A stretch of 63,292 nt of DNA, filler included, from Octopus bimaculoides (Eukaryota): the NCBI RefSeq assembly GCF_001194135.2. It is 7 parts of 5 records of this genome, joined end to end, with 100 filler letters (N's around TTAATTAATTAA, not from the genome) between each part and the next. Parts side by side here need not be neighbours in the genome. Positions count along the whole stretch, not along the records: positions 1 to 13,335 come from NC_068989.1; 6 more parts are not named here. One strand, 5' to 3'. Made by a program: the position numbers and the translations under genes. Below the pieces are notes generated by a model. The model was given only the letters and a program-made list of their open reading frames with translations. It was not told the origin of the DNA and did not search any database. Of the stretch, positions 1-13,285 are shown piece after piece (the stretch's first letter is position 1; each line of letters starts with the position of its first letter).

Positions 1-53
<53 letters not shown>

Positions 54-334
54 TTCATATGCACACAACTACGGTGAGGGTGGTACGCACGCGTACAAAT
101 TTGTGTGTGGCTGTGTTTGTCTGTGTGCATGTTTGTTTATGTGCGTGCTTGTATGTATGCGTGTGCTTGTTCGTTTATGTGCGTATATGTGTGTGTGTTT
201 CTGTGTTTGTACCTGAATACGTCTTTGTTTCCATGAAAGTACCCCACCATCGTTTGTAAACGTGTTTACGTTCCCGTCTCTTAACGGTTTGGTAAAAGAT
301 ACAATAGAATGAGTATCAGTCATTAACAGAATTA

Positions 335-420
335 CTGTGGTCGATTTGTTCGATTAAAATTCTTCAACGCGGTACTCCAGCATAGCCGCAGTTTAATGAC
401 TGAAACAGCAAAAGATAAAG
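335..420 (+). mobile_element. SINE family C 3' end
   Basis: GTCGATTTGTTCGA...CTCCAGCAT.GCCGCAGT..AATGACTGAAAC. Confidence 0.75.
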
Positions 421-431
421 ACATGTTTCCC

Positions 432-543
432 ATACATACATACATACATACATACATACATACATACATGCATACATGCATACATGCATACGTGCATACA
501 TACATACATACATATATACATACATACATACATACATACATAC
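432..543. repeat. (CATA)n microsatellite
   Basis: Direct reading. Confidence 0.95.
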
Positions 544-659
544 AGGTTGCGATGGGTAAATTAGCATCATTTTATATTTTTAATTTCGCACATGCCCAGT
601 GTCTGCTTTTGATTTTGTCGACTACATAGTACAGTAGGGTGAGTTCGGCACCGTCTGTG

Positions 660-1396
660 GGAAACAAAAAAACACCACCATCACGCAGTTCGCCCCGCTA
701 GAAAGTTGGAAACAACATGCTGTGCTGCTTACCATTCACGTCGGAAGCTCCTATTCGAACATTTCAGAACGTGTGTGTGTCAATCTTAAGACAGTGCAAT
801 CTGAGGATATGTACCGAGTGTGATAAATATCAAGCATACAGTCAACTTCATGGTGTTTGGAGTGATCACTAGTGATGGTGTTATCATACCTCCTTTCTCA
901 CATGGCCTCAGATTCAACACGGAGGCCTACATCAAGTGCCTGAAGGATGTAGTGCGGCCTTGTGTAAAGAGGACTCTGCACCATGCCGCACAAGCAGGAG
1001 AACCCAATTATGGCTGTCAGACAATTTCTGGGACCACATCACTCCTATCATCTGGCCACCTACCTCCCCAGACCGCAAACCCCTAGATTATTATGTGTGG
1101 GGCGAAATTGAACGAGAGACCAACAAAACTCCTTGTAATATCAAAGATGAACTGAAGGCAAGGATTATGGCAGCATTCACCAACTTAAACAAGGAGACCG
1201 TCCAGAAGAGTTGCAGGGGATTCCGAAGTCGCCTGAGGCCGTAGTTGAAGCCAAAGGCGATTTTATAGAATACATTTACTCTTTAGTATTTCAAGATATT
1301 TTAATGTAATTTTGGTAAATATATCTGTTAAAATGAGATGTTAATGTTATTTTCATTTTTGCGTAATTTAGACGACAATTCATTCACCGCACTCTG
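660..1396 (+). mobile_element. Tc1/mariner transposon remnant, maT (DD37D) family
   Basis: Frameshifted transposase MVFGVITSDG...DSAP...WPPTSPDRKPLDYYVWG; 37 residues counted between the second and third D; right end ...CACCGCACTCTG followed by TA (1397-1398). Left end uncertain. Confidence 0.88.
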
Positions 1397-2001
1397 TATG
1401 TGTGTATATATATATATATATTTGTGTGTGTGTGTGTGTGTGTATATGTGCGCGTGTATGTGTATGTATGTATGTATGTATGTATGAATGTATACACACC
1501 CACACAATGATATGCTTGTATACACGTACAAATAGGTATATAAATGTTGAACTGTTTAAATCCTTCATAAAAAAAAAAAACCTACATTTATACTCATGAT
1601 TGTTTATTGAGACACGCAATATTATCTTCTTTTCTAGCATTCAATAAAAACCTAAATTTTGCTAATTTTAATCGTCGTAAGTTATTTCTTTTGTTTCAAA
1701 CCGTCTACCGGGATCATCTGATATTTTTCTATCGTTTGTAAGTTATTTTATATAATCAAGTTATACAACCGGCTTTTGTTGAGCCCTTTTTAATAGTTAA
1801 CCGTCAAGCAAATTTACTGTTATGGATGCTCACTTAAGATATTTCATCCTGATAAGAATGTGTTGGAAATGTTAGAATCTTTTAACATCACTTTGAAATA
1901 TTTTACTAAATATGAAACCATTTCGAACTTGTGTTTCTATTTTGATATTTAAATTTGCTGTATTCTACGAAAGTACAAACGGATATTTCTTTCTTCATTT
2001 T

Positions 2002-2032
<31 letters not shown>

Positions 2033-2837
2033 TTTGGTTTTAACATATAAACATATTCTAATAAATAGATTCCTATTTTTTCACCATTTAATAAACACTA
2101 CCGAAATACATTGAATCACAAATAGATATTTTTACGAAACAAGTAACTGTTTTATATAAAATAAACTCCCTAAAGGGTTTACTACAGAAAATGTGACAGT
2201 TCATCAAAAAATTAAAGTGGAGGAGCGTTTTAGTTTTATAATAAACGGAAAACAACAATAATCTCTAAAACGTTTTTCCGCGCAATAAACGCTTACCTAT
2301 AAATAAGATTATTTAATCGCCCGAAGGAGATATTTGCTGTTAATGAAAAATATAAATTTTAGAGATACAAGAATAGCCTGCGGGATGTACATAGCTAGAT
2401 TACAAAAAGACAAAAATAACAATCAGGCAAGTCAAAAATTTCTTCAAAATTCATATATCAAATCTCTATCAATTTGAATATCGCACGCACATACATGTAC
2501 TCATATAAAAGAGAAACAATACAGAATCGCAAATTATATGAACAGCTATTGCAACAATTTATTACAGATTCTCAATAGTTTTTTTGTTTACATTATTATT
2601 GCAGCGAATCTCATCAAGCCCTAATTAATATTTACAAGCATTTCAATCCACTTAAGAGCCTAATTAGTAACATTTTTTAAAAATTATTTCTTTATGTTTA
2701 TATTCTTTTCCATTTATTCTCGAACAACGGGGTCCTTGTATGTCATATCTGCATGATTATACTTTTAACTGCTATGCCGTTATTTTGTACATAAGGATTC
2801 TGATGGCTTGATTTGACGCGTTTCGGATTCCGACGAT

Positions 2838-3175
2838 GTCGACTCTGCCTTTCATCATTTCGGTGTCGATAACATGAAGTTGAGCAATTGGTGTAATCGA
2901 CTTGCTCCCTCCCCGAAGTTGCTGGCTTTGTGCCAAAATTTGAAATCAGTACATTTTACCATTAAGTTGGCGATCTGGCAGAATTGTTAGACGCCGAGAA
3001 AAGTGCTTGGTGGCATTTCTTCCGAATCTACGTCCTCAGTTGAAATTCCGCTGAGATCGGGTTTACATTTCATCCTTTCGGCACCGATAGCATAAGTACC
3101 AGCTGGACACTGGGGTCGATCTAATCGACAAAGTACCTCCCCCAAAATGATACTTTGTACCAAAATATGAAACCG
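2838..3175 (+). mobile_element. Two adjacent copies of tRNA-derived SINE family A (2838-2948 truncated, 2966-3175)
   Basis: CCTTTCATCCTTTCGG..GAT.AAATAAGTACCAG core; CAAAATTTGAAACC-type tail. Confidence 0.7.
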
Positions 3176-5061
3176 ACCTATGTTGGCTTTCTGACCCAGA
3201 TTTATATACGCTTCCCATGATATCGCATACGCTTTTTAGCTGTGCATTGATATGTTCCTCATCAAATTGTTTCATTGAGCTTAATTTTTTTCACATTATC
3301 CTATTCTTCGCGATAAAGTTTTGCTTACTGCACAAATTTGTGCATGTACTTTTTCATAATACACATTTATATGTTACTTTAAATGAACAGTTGTATATGT
3401 GATAGCGACAATATGTCATTACCTTTGTTTCTGAATAATACTCCTTGTCGCTACCATCCAAATATTCTCACATACCAAATTTTAATTCAGTCCAATTAGG
3501 GCTACCACTAACAATGGATTATATAGTAACAGTATGTATATCTAGTGCCATTATACGCATTATTCACTTAAACATAGCTTAACTAAATTCTCAATTATTG
3601 ATACAGACAAGACAATGATGCTGTAAACCATACTAACAACTTCAACAGATGTCCCTTAGATACACACCAGGAGAACAAATTTATTCAAATCATACCCTTA
3701 CAAGTTATAGCATTAATCTCCCAATAGCAAATCAATATCTTAAAAGCAAACTCTATTACTATGATTCGAACAAATCACTGACAATCATGCTTGCTTTATA
3801 CATTACTTTCCGTAACATCAACCCTATTCCGCAACATTAATTTTTTCTCTTCGTGCATTAATTTTACCCAATATACGCGCATCTATTATATACGCACACC
3901 TATCATATGCACAGAATAATCATATCTTACGTACGCTAACTGTTATAATCGCGTATAACCGTAACAACATTAAATTCTCTACCTCATGAATTCGTGCTCT
4001 ATTTAACCATACTTTCGTTACTTCATAAAACCTATTGTACCTCACTATATTTGGATTTTTATAGTTACGTGTCACTGTTGTTTGCTACCATTTCTTATTA
4101 AATTTCTCAATAACTTTGTTTCTAGTTCGCTTTTTAAGTCGCCTAATTACACTTATCTGTAAACAAATCATCTCTTTACCATAAGTTAAGACAATAAACC
4201 TTCCTATTATTAAATTTTATCCATTATTAACGTACAAAGCTGCTCTATATGTAAAGAAGATAAAACTTTCTCCTCAAATATCTAACAAAGTATTACAAGA
4301 TTTCTTTGTTTATAATCTTTTTTCTCTCATATAAAACGCTTTTTTATACATAAATGTTTGTCACATACATTCTCTTACGCATAGTTCTTTACCTCCATAA
4401 GCTCCAAAAAGTATAAACCTGTAAGTAATTATAATTTCCTCTAGTATTGAATTCAGATATTACTACTCTCTAAACCATATTATCTTTCATAACTACTTCT
4501 ACTTAATGAATAAATGATTATTCTCAAGTAAGATTGGCACTAGATCATTTCACACATTCCTTTTAATTTATTATGTCCTTCATAGAATGAGCGATTTGTA
4601 ATAAATTTATAGCAGTCATTTAAAACACTTTTAGATTCATGATAAATTCGTGTCATTTGGAGCTTCATTCTGTGAGCATTAATAGTCTAAACAACTCAAA
4701 TCTCCTCTTAATTCTTAAGTTCGCATATTATATCTAAATTTGTTTTGAAAGCTGTAAATCAATAAACAACTATGACTAATTTTTTAACTATAATTACAAT
4801 AATTCATATATGTAACTTATAAAATATTTAACATTTTTGTAAGTAATCTTTGATATTAGACTCTATTTTTCTTTCACTTCCATGGAAACGTAAACGCTAT
4901 TTTTTTTTATAACTGCCGTTAATAGCCAACTATCTGGAAATTGGAAACTGTTGCAATATCCACTCGTATAGGTGGATATGCATGACAGATTATACGGGAT
5001 GATTTTGCTAAATTTCCATAATACATAATGAATTTTTCTCGCATTTGAGTCGCAATATTAA

Positions 5062-5222
5062 TAATAATCCTGAACTTAGCCTGAAACAAGGCCTAAATTT
5101 GGGGGAGGGGGATAGCCGGTTACTTCCACCCGAGCACTCAACAGCTATTGGCCCCGAAAAGATGAAAGGAAATGCCGAGCGCGGTGGAATTTGAACACAA
5201 AACGTAAAGACGAAGGAAATAG
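5062..5222 (-). mobile_element. SINE family A copy
   Basis: GTTCAAATTCCACCG...TTTCATCTTTTCGGGG core on the minus strand. Confidence 0.65.
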
Positions 5223-5224
5223 GG

Positions 5225-6350
5225 CTAAGATAGATATGCTTGGTATTGCGCATGTCTGCACCTTACCGACGACAATCGCCAACCTCTCGTCTAACACCTT
5301 AGATAAAATCTTGTAATTTGTGTTTTGCAGAGTTACGAACCTAAAATTATCTATTTCGTCCAACTTGTTCGGGTCCTTCGTTAGCAGGACCACCAATGTC
5401 ACAGCTGATAGCATTGGAAATTATCGTCGTCCTTCTTGCCAGTTGCGGTAGACATCCGCCAATAGATCACCAAACAAGTCTGGCATATGAAGATAAAGTT
5501 CGAAGGAGAGATCTTGTAAAGCTAGTCATCACGTCCCGTATATTTTTGGCTCTCATCGGTATTTTGCAGAACTCTGCATACCTGACCGAAAGGTGCAGCA
5601 TGCCGTCAGAGTAGGAGGTGAAATCCTCCTCCGGTTCTATCCCCCACGCGCTCCGTACAGTCCAGTAAAGTGCCGTTGAAATTCCTCGCGAAACTTCTTG
5701 GACTCAAGTAACAAGCATCCATCTCGGCCCGTAAAATACCCATTGTGTTTATGTCTCCACGTTGCACCTCCACCACTTGGGCCCATCGAACGTCTTTCAT
5801 CCCCTCGTGTCTTAGTACCCGCACCCTTGGTCTGATAATGGAACGTTCGTGCTTGGCATTTAAGAATTGATTAAGAGTCAATCTCACCGCCAGCACGTCG
5901 GTCGCTTGTCTATACGAAGTGCGTCATCTAGTTTTCTAACTAGATCTCCCTCTACTCGAGATCCTTCTAACACTACTTCTTTACTAAACCGTAACGTCTC
6001 TACCTTTTTTCAGGGCTATACACCATCAGTCGTTGACGATTGAGCCTGACAACGTCCGATGGACTAATCTCGTTAACCCTGTCCTTAAATGCTTGACGCG
6101 CCGAGAAATACGCATTCAGCCTCCATTATCGGGGGCCTTGTCTATGAGTACTACGTAGGTCGAGTGTACAAATCTCAAATTTGTAACCTGTGTAGCCAAC
6201 GACTTTGAATTGTGGACAACTTATACTACTTCTATCGGGTGTATATTGTATCTACAGAATACTTTATCTGGGTACTATCTGGAAGACAGGGTGCTGTTTG
6301 CCAATGTTCACATTAGGGCATTCGGGTAATCGAGTCAGTACCCGTCAACC
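5225..6350 (-). mobile_element. L1/Tx1-group LINE fragment (end of APE endonuclease, linker, start of RT)
   Basis: Degenerate YPDKVFCR, GYTGYKF (SDH-equivalent) and WRLNA motifs; RPRVRVLRHEGMK linker; KDPNKLDEIDNFRFVTLQNTNYKILSKVL..RL matches RT domain 0/1. Confidence 0.8.
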
Positions 6351-6379
6351 ACGTTATTGTCATTATTATTATTATTATT

Positions 6380-6943
6380 TTATGTTTGACTTTTGCTTTG
6401 TATTTGTACAACTTGGATCCAAGTCTCACCCAGAGACCTCAAGAGACAACAAGCTAGAAGTTCATGTAGGTGTTATACCTAGGGTACCATTTATTTGGAT
6501 TTGTACGTAGTGTTGTTCTAGAGAATGTTTAAGAAACCATAAGAAAATTATGTGTTTGATTTAAAATTTGAGATCACATAGACAGTATTTTACGAAGGAT
6601 ATGGGCAGTTCCCATGAGCACTATCTTTTGAACTTCAGCCATTTTGGGGTTTCCTGGTATCTGAGCTGGGTAGTAATCAGCCCGTTTCGCTGTCATTCCC
6701 AGGGCACCTATGACAATAGGTATTGTTTTAGTCTTCAGGTTCCACATTTTGCTAATTTCTATTTCAAGATCTTTATATTTGCTCAGTTTTTGGTAGGTCT
6801 TGACAGATACGTTTATATCGATTAGGACAGTCAATATCAATGAGGTAGCATGATTTTTGTCTGAAGTCTTTCAGTATGATGTCTGGTCTATTTGAATCTA
6901 TCTTTCTGTCAGTTTGAATGGTGAAGTTCCAGAGGAGTGCGAG
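6380..6943 (-). mobile_element. R4/Dong-clade non-LTR retrotransposon 3' end (restriction-like endonuclease), 5'-truncated
   Basis: LWNFTIQTDRKIDSNRPDIILKD...ID and KYKDLEIEISKMW...IPIVIGALG...MGTAHILRK; (TAA)n on both sides. Confidence 0.9.
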
Positions 6944-7282
<339 letters not shown>

Positions 7283-8308
7283 TATTATTATTATTAGTAG
7301 TAGTAGTACTAGTACTAGTAGTAGTATCATTATTATACATGTGTGTTTATGTATGTGCCTTTACTCTATAAACTTCTTACTCGTCCCTTTAAGGAAGACA
7401 TTTTGAAAAGTGTTAAACCTACTTCTGTGTTTCATGATTATAATCATAACATTTATAATACACTTGTGCTTTCTATTTCGTATCTTGGTCATGATTCTCT
7501 TTTACCGTTTATTCTGTTCTAATGAACAAACGTATTTGAGTATATACTGTTTCACTTCGGCAATAGAGTGTTACAGCTTATTTTATTTACATTTCAGTTT
7601 GCTTTGCTTCAAACGAACAATTCTATTTTAATATATGCACATATATTCAGTAAATATATTGGTTGACTCATATAGAAGTTTGCCTTAAAGAAAGTAAATT
7701 AAAATAATCACAAAGGAACGTTATTGCTTTAAGCAATTTGCTTTATTCCTGTATCCTTAATAATTTATTTCAGCGAAAGAAAATTGCTGGGTATCGATAC
7801 TCTTCGGATTTTATTTTACTGGTGCTTTGCCCTGAAATCTCCTTATATCGGTAACATTGCTGGGAGCAAAATTCTACACAAGGTTCCCTTCGCAAACATC
7901 ACAGTGGAGAAGAATAATCCTGTCAAAATTTCATATCATTCATTCGTTTATATTTCCCGTGGTAATTTTGTATAAATGTTCTTGCTCTCATATTTACTAT
8001 GGCTTCGATTGCAATATTTTGTGGCTGAAATAGAGTGTTTTTAAGTTGCACTATTTATACATGCTTAATGATATCATAAAACCACGTAGTACGGAACCTA
8101 TGTTATTTGTGAAGTTACAACCTTTACACTGTAGAGAAATACAAACACAAGTTTAACTAAACAAATTATTAGACGAGTAACAAGAAAATGCTCACTGTTG
8201 ATACACTCTGCCATCCAAAATAAATCTTTGGCTGGTATTTCCTACACAAGAATAAAGATATAGAAGTTAAACACCGAATTTGCATAGAATACTGTGAGAC
8301 AATAATAG

Positions 8309-8440
8309 TGGCTGGGTGGTAAGAAGCTTACTTCCCAACGTCGTGACGTTGTGTACCTTCTCACGGTGCGGCGTCTTCGGCAAGTGTCGCTAGACCGACC
8401 GAGGTTTTGTGAGTTGATTTGGTCGAAAACTCAAAGACAT
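8309..8440 (+). mobile_element. SINE family C head fragment
   Basis: GTGGCTGGGTGGTAAGAAGCTT...GGCAAGTGTC...TTGTGAGTTGATTTGG. Confidence 0.7.
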
Positions 8441-8448
8441 GTGTGTGT

Positions 8449-8491
<43 letters not shown>

Positions 8492-9074
8492 CGTGCGTAC
8501 GTGCGTATGTATGTATAAATATATACAGTTGAAATTTACAGAAAAATAAAAGACGTAGAATGTGTATAAGCAACAAGTAGGTGTATTAGGTTCTGTATAT
8601 TAATATACACATACAGGTATATACACATGTATTTTATGTATATACATATATATATATATATACATGCACNNNNNNNNNNNNNNNNNNNNNNNNNNNNNNN
8701 NNNNNNNNNNNNNNNNNNNNNNNNNNNNNNNNNNNNNNNNNNNNNNNNNNNNNNNNNNNNNNNNNNNNNNNNNNNNNNNNNNNNNNNNNNNNNNNNNNNN
8801 NNNNNNNNNNNNNNNNNNNNNNNTATATATATATATATATATATTCATACACACATTATGTATAAGTATGTATGTATATATATATAAATGTTTGTGTGTG
8901 TGGGGGGGGTATACACACGTGCGTGTATACACACACATTTATATACACACTTTTAACTTATTTGAATTGCCCATTGTATTTTATGTAGCTGCCCACTTTG
9001 TAGTCTATATTTGTAATGCCCTTACATGGACAGACATGCAGAACATGAAATGCTTTGTGGCATGACTTCCTGCG

Positions 9075-9215
9075 CTTTGAGTACTGAACTGAAGTCACGT
9101 CGAGGTTGACTTTTCCCTCCATCCTTTTGGGTTTGATAACATAAAATACTAGTGGAACACTGGGGTCGATGAAATCAACTAGTCCTTAGGGTTGGTGCCT
9201 AAGTAGAAAGGATCA
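9075..9215 (+). mobile_element. SINE family A fragment
   Basis: Diverged core and GTAGAAAGG tail. Confidence 0.6.
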
Positions 9216-9380
9216 TTATTACTCACTTTCTTCAGGTACGGTAGTACTGGTAGTTGTAGTAGTAGTAGTAGTGCCAACTATAGAAGAATGCATTCTCAAT
9301 ACCGCACTATCACCCATAAAGTAACACAAACGCGCATTCACAGCATATCTCTCACATGTATCTATTTTCCACACACACAC

Positions 9381-9428
<48 letters not shown>

Positions 9429-9939
9429 AGAGTGAATGAGAAAGAAAAAGTGAGAGAAGCAAGAGAGAAGAGAGGGTTTGTACTCTCCCAATCAAATTAC
9501 GTGTCTTGTGCTCATCTTCCTTCATGTAATATGTCTAAGCAATTATACCTCTGACATACATAAACTGACACTTCTGCCAATGGCCATCATATTGAAATGT
9601 ATTTGTTTTTTTTTTTGTAGTCTTTCTTTTTAAACGGTAACGAAATACAGATATTTACCGTCTTCAAAAGAACATATATTTCTACTATTATAAATCCTTC
9701 AAACATCTCCTTTACTTCTTTCCTTCTCGCGCTCGTGTATAAAAAATGAAAACAATAAACGAAAATAATAATGGAACATGATCAAAAAGCCAGTGCAGTT
9801 TATAGCGCTCACTTGAACTATCGTTTGATATGTCCGTTTGGTGACATTGTTAACCTTTTAATGTATTTTACATGATCAATGCTAGACGTAGCAATCTAAT
9901 TTCATGTCTCTTTGATGTACATACATACACATGTATAGA

Positions 9940-10255
9940 TACATTATATACATATATGATTATATTCATATATAAATACATATAGCATTGCATACCAACA
10001 ACGTACATGCATACCTAAAACATACAGGTTTTTCATATATACATACATAAATACACACATTTAATACATATATACACATACATGCGTACGTATATATACG
10101 CATATATACATATATATATATACTAATACGTACATATATACACATACACACACATATATATATATACGTGCATATGCACATATATAAATACATATATATA
10201 CATTATACACATACATGCAGATATATACACGTATATATACATATATATACACACA

Positions 10256-10347
<92 letters not shown>

Positions 10348-10520
10348 TATACATTATACACATACATACAGATATATACACGTATATATACATATATATA
10401 CACACACACACACACGCATATATATATATACATATATACATACATATATTTGTGTTTCTCTCATTCTGTATAGAAACACATACATATGTATATGTATATA
10501 TTAAAATGTACATTTATTTA
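9940..10520. repeat. Compound TA/CA microsatellite field
   Basis: Long (TA)n with CA interruptions and internal duplications. Confidence 0.95.
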
Positions 10521-11554
10521 TAGTCATATATGTTCAAGCGAATGTACGAATATACGTACGTATATGTCCTAGTGTTTTAGTGGGTGTTTGTATCTGAAAG
10601 TACATAAAAATAAAAATAGTCTTATGTCTGGCTACAACCTGAAGGACTGAAGGACGAATTAAAGCACGTGATCGCTGCAAAGTTTGTGAGAAGAAAGAGT
10701 AAAATGTATGAAAGGAAATGATGTGTGGAGATATTAGGCGAAAGACAGGAAGGAAAAGTGTGAAAGTTTGAAAGTGGTACGGAAAGATAATGATATATGT
10801 GTGAATCTGTGTGTGAATGCATGTGTATATGCGTATATGTGTAGACGTGTATGGATATGTGCGTGACTGTGGGAGAATATAATTATGTATGTATGTATGT
10901 GTGTATGTGCGTGCGAGTGTATAACTGCTGTTTCATCACGAATTTCATTCTTTCTAATGGCTAATTTCTCGCTAACCATTTGCTATATATCTAACACCAC
11001 TCCATTTATGACATTCAGGTTCTTCTGTCATGTAAATATATGCGTTCTTTTCGATGCTAATATCATCCTTTGTATTTTCTCCGTTAAGTTGACTGACAAT
11101 TAAATTGATAAGTAATATTCTATATTTGTTTATCTCGCTGATTTACACACCAGCTAATTTACAAGACAGGAAGTGGCGTGATACGTAGTGTGTGTTCCAC
11201 CCGAGTCAACCCTTTCCCATACAGGTTTCTACAGCAGAACCGAAAATTCCACCTTGGCTGGACCACCCCACGGGCCCTCCAACAACTAACATCCTTCCTA
11301 TACAAATTATTTCCTTTGGATTCTGTCTTCTTGCGTAGCGAATTTGACAATCACTGGTGCTTTCCACACGAAAGACATATTCTACAGCCCTCATCAGCAC
11401 TCTCCATAAAAAAATCCCTCTCATGATTCTAGATAATTAGGCTGACGTAAAATGTTTTGATGCACTTGAATTGAACTCTTTGAAAAAGATAGGTAATATT
11501 TATCCCCCACCCCACTTGGATTTATCCCCCAAGTGGGGATAATTATTACCTCCA

Positions 11555-11863
11555 GAAACATGCCTCACCCTCAAAATAAGGGTAGGTGAACATCGCAAAG
11601 TTGTGACACGAGGAGATATTGATAAATAGGGTATAGCTGATCATGTATGGAAAAATGCAGACCACCTCCCCCTGTGGGATGAAGTTAAAATAATAGACAG
11701 AGAACACTACTGGAAAATACGAAAACTAAAAGCAGCACCACATATGCGAGGACACAATAACCTCCTAAGCAGATCGAGTGCAGATATGAGCAGCATATAG
11801 GAACCGGTATTGAGGAAGGATAGAAAAATATTACGTTTAAAAGCACTAAAATTCACTTCATAA
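11555..11863 (+). mobile_element. Penelope-like element, C-terminal GIY-YIG endonuclease remnant
   Basis: ETCLTLKIRVGEHRK...GIADHVWKN.DH.PLWDEVKIIDREHYWKIRKLK...H...N.LSR, with two internal stops; typical PLE ORF end. Confidence 0.85.
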
Positions 11864-11870
11864 TTGCCCA

Positions 11871-11936
11871 CGGGCATATGGCGTAATGGTTAAGAGCGCG
11901 GGCTACTAACCCAAAGATTCCGAGTTCGATTCCAAG
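11871..11936 (+). promoter_or_regulatory. tRNA-derived (Asn-like) Pol III internal promoter in the PLE 3' region; not a functional tRNA
   Basis: A box TGGCGTAATGG 11879-11889, anticodon-like arm GGG-CTACTAA-CCC, B box GTTCGATTCC 11924-11933; no convincing acceptor stem. Confidence 0.75.
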
Positions 11937-11994
11937 CAATAATAATAACGAAGAATACTTTAGGAATGAGAACCCAGGTTCGAAATTTTCCCAA

Positions 11995-12040
11995 AACACC
12001 TGAAGAAGGCTGGAGGGTATATCAACCGAAACGTTGTGTT
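11995..12040 (+). ncRNA. Minimal type I hammerhead ribozyme motif (PLE type)
   Basis: Stem I AACAC/GUGUU; CUGAAGA 12000-12006; extra A; stem II GGCUGG/UCAACC (one mismatch); GAAA 12028-12031; palindromic ACGU stem III; GUU cleavage triplet. Confidence 0.7.
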
Positions 12041-12267
12041 AAATATCCGTCGAATTTAAATAATGTACATAATGCCTCATCTCATAAATACAGAACTGTA
12101 TAATTGGCTTGCTTATAAACAAACTAACCCCGGAGCAACTTGGAGGGAAAATAAATAAATAAACAAAAAATAAATAAATTAATTAAAATAAATACGTTAG
12201 AGGGCAAAGAAAAGAGACACATAATAATCGTAATGATGATCATGATAATGAGGATAATAATTGTAAT

Positions 12268-12478
12268 AGTTGTTTCAAATTTTGTGACAAGTGCAGCCAT
12301 TCTTTTGGCGAGGGAAAATGTCGATTCATACACCACCCAATGTTTCACTGGTACTTAATTTATCGCTCCGGAAAGGATGAAAGGCAACGTCAACCTTGAT
12401 GGAATTTGAACATAGTGAGAGACGTATACCGCTAAGCATTTCCTCTAGCACGTTAACGATTCTGCCAGCTCGCAGACT
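12268..12478 (-). mobile_element. SINE family A copy
   Basis: Head, core and tail on the minus strand. Confidence 0.85.
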
Positions 12479-12526
12479 TTAATAATAATAATAACAAAAA
12501 TAATTTTAAAAAATAATAATAAGAAG

Positions 12527-13285
12527 AAGCAGCGCAAGATCAGAGCTTACCAACTAGAAACTACCATGCACGCGTCCTTAAAGACGTAGCTGACCCCTCG
12601 TGCAGGAATTTGCTGAAAATTCTCGGCGTCAATTGATCATCTTGTTTCTGGTTGCCTAGTCCTTGCTGAAAAGGAATACTTCATAAGACATGAGATACAC
12701 AGGAAGTATATCCACTGGAATGCTTGTAAATACTGAAAAATTAAATCACATGATAAGTATTACAGGCACCATCCAGAAGATCTAGTAAATGGCGTAGGTG
12801 TCACAGTTCTTAGAAATATCCCAATACAGACAGACAGAAAGACTGACTCCAATCGATCAGACATTATGATCAAGGATACAGCAGTTGAACTTGTCCGTTA
12901 AGAGATATTGCTGTCCCACCAGATCAAAATGTCTCAAGAAGGGAATATGAAAGCCTTTCTCACTATAAAGATTTGCAAATTGAAATCACAAAAATGTGTA
13001 AGCTTAGTACTACGATAATACCAGTAGTAATTGGTGCTTTGGGAATGATAAAGAAGGGAGCTAAGAAGTATATTAAGCAACTCCCTGGTAACTCCAATCT
13101 CCGTGACTACAAAGGTCACCTTGATGGGTACACCCCATATACTATAAGAAGCACTCTCCATCTAAAATGGAATAAATGTGGTGATAATTTTAGCAAAACA
13201 AAAGTGCCCTTGCTACTCTTGGTTTCCGGAGGATGCGCGGTACTAAGGCAGCTGAAATAAATTTATAATGAAGGGAAACCATAGA
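12527..13285 (+). mobile_element. R4/Dong-clade retrotransposon 3' fragment (CCHC knuckle + RLE), second subfamily
   Basis: AAQDQSLPTRNY...C...IDHLVSGCLVLAEKEY.IRH...YIHW; TDRKTDSNRSDI; KDLQIEITKM...IPVVIGALG; AAT-rich runs on both sides. Confidence 0.88.

Noticed and set aside
59-629. Long ORFs rich in Y/I/C/V/M/H/T (here and at 8.6, 10.0-10.5, 40.3, 58.3-59.5, 60.4-61.0 and 61.7 kb)
   Set aside because: Translations of TA/CA/CATA microsatellites or of N gaps; no coding signal.
11355-11400. CTGATGA...GAAA on the minus strand
   Set aside because: No stem II or stem I pairing; not a hammerhead.
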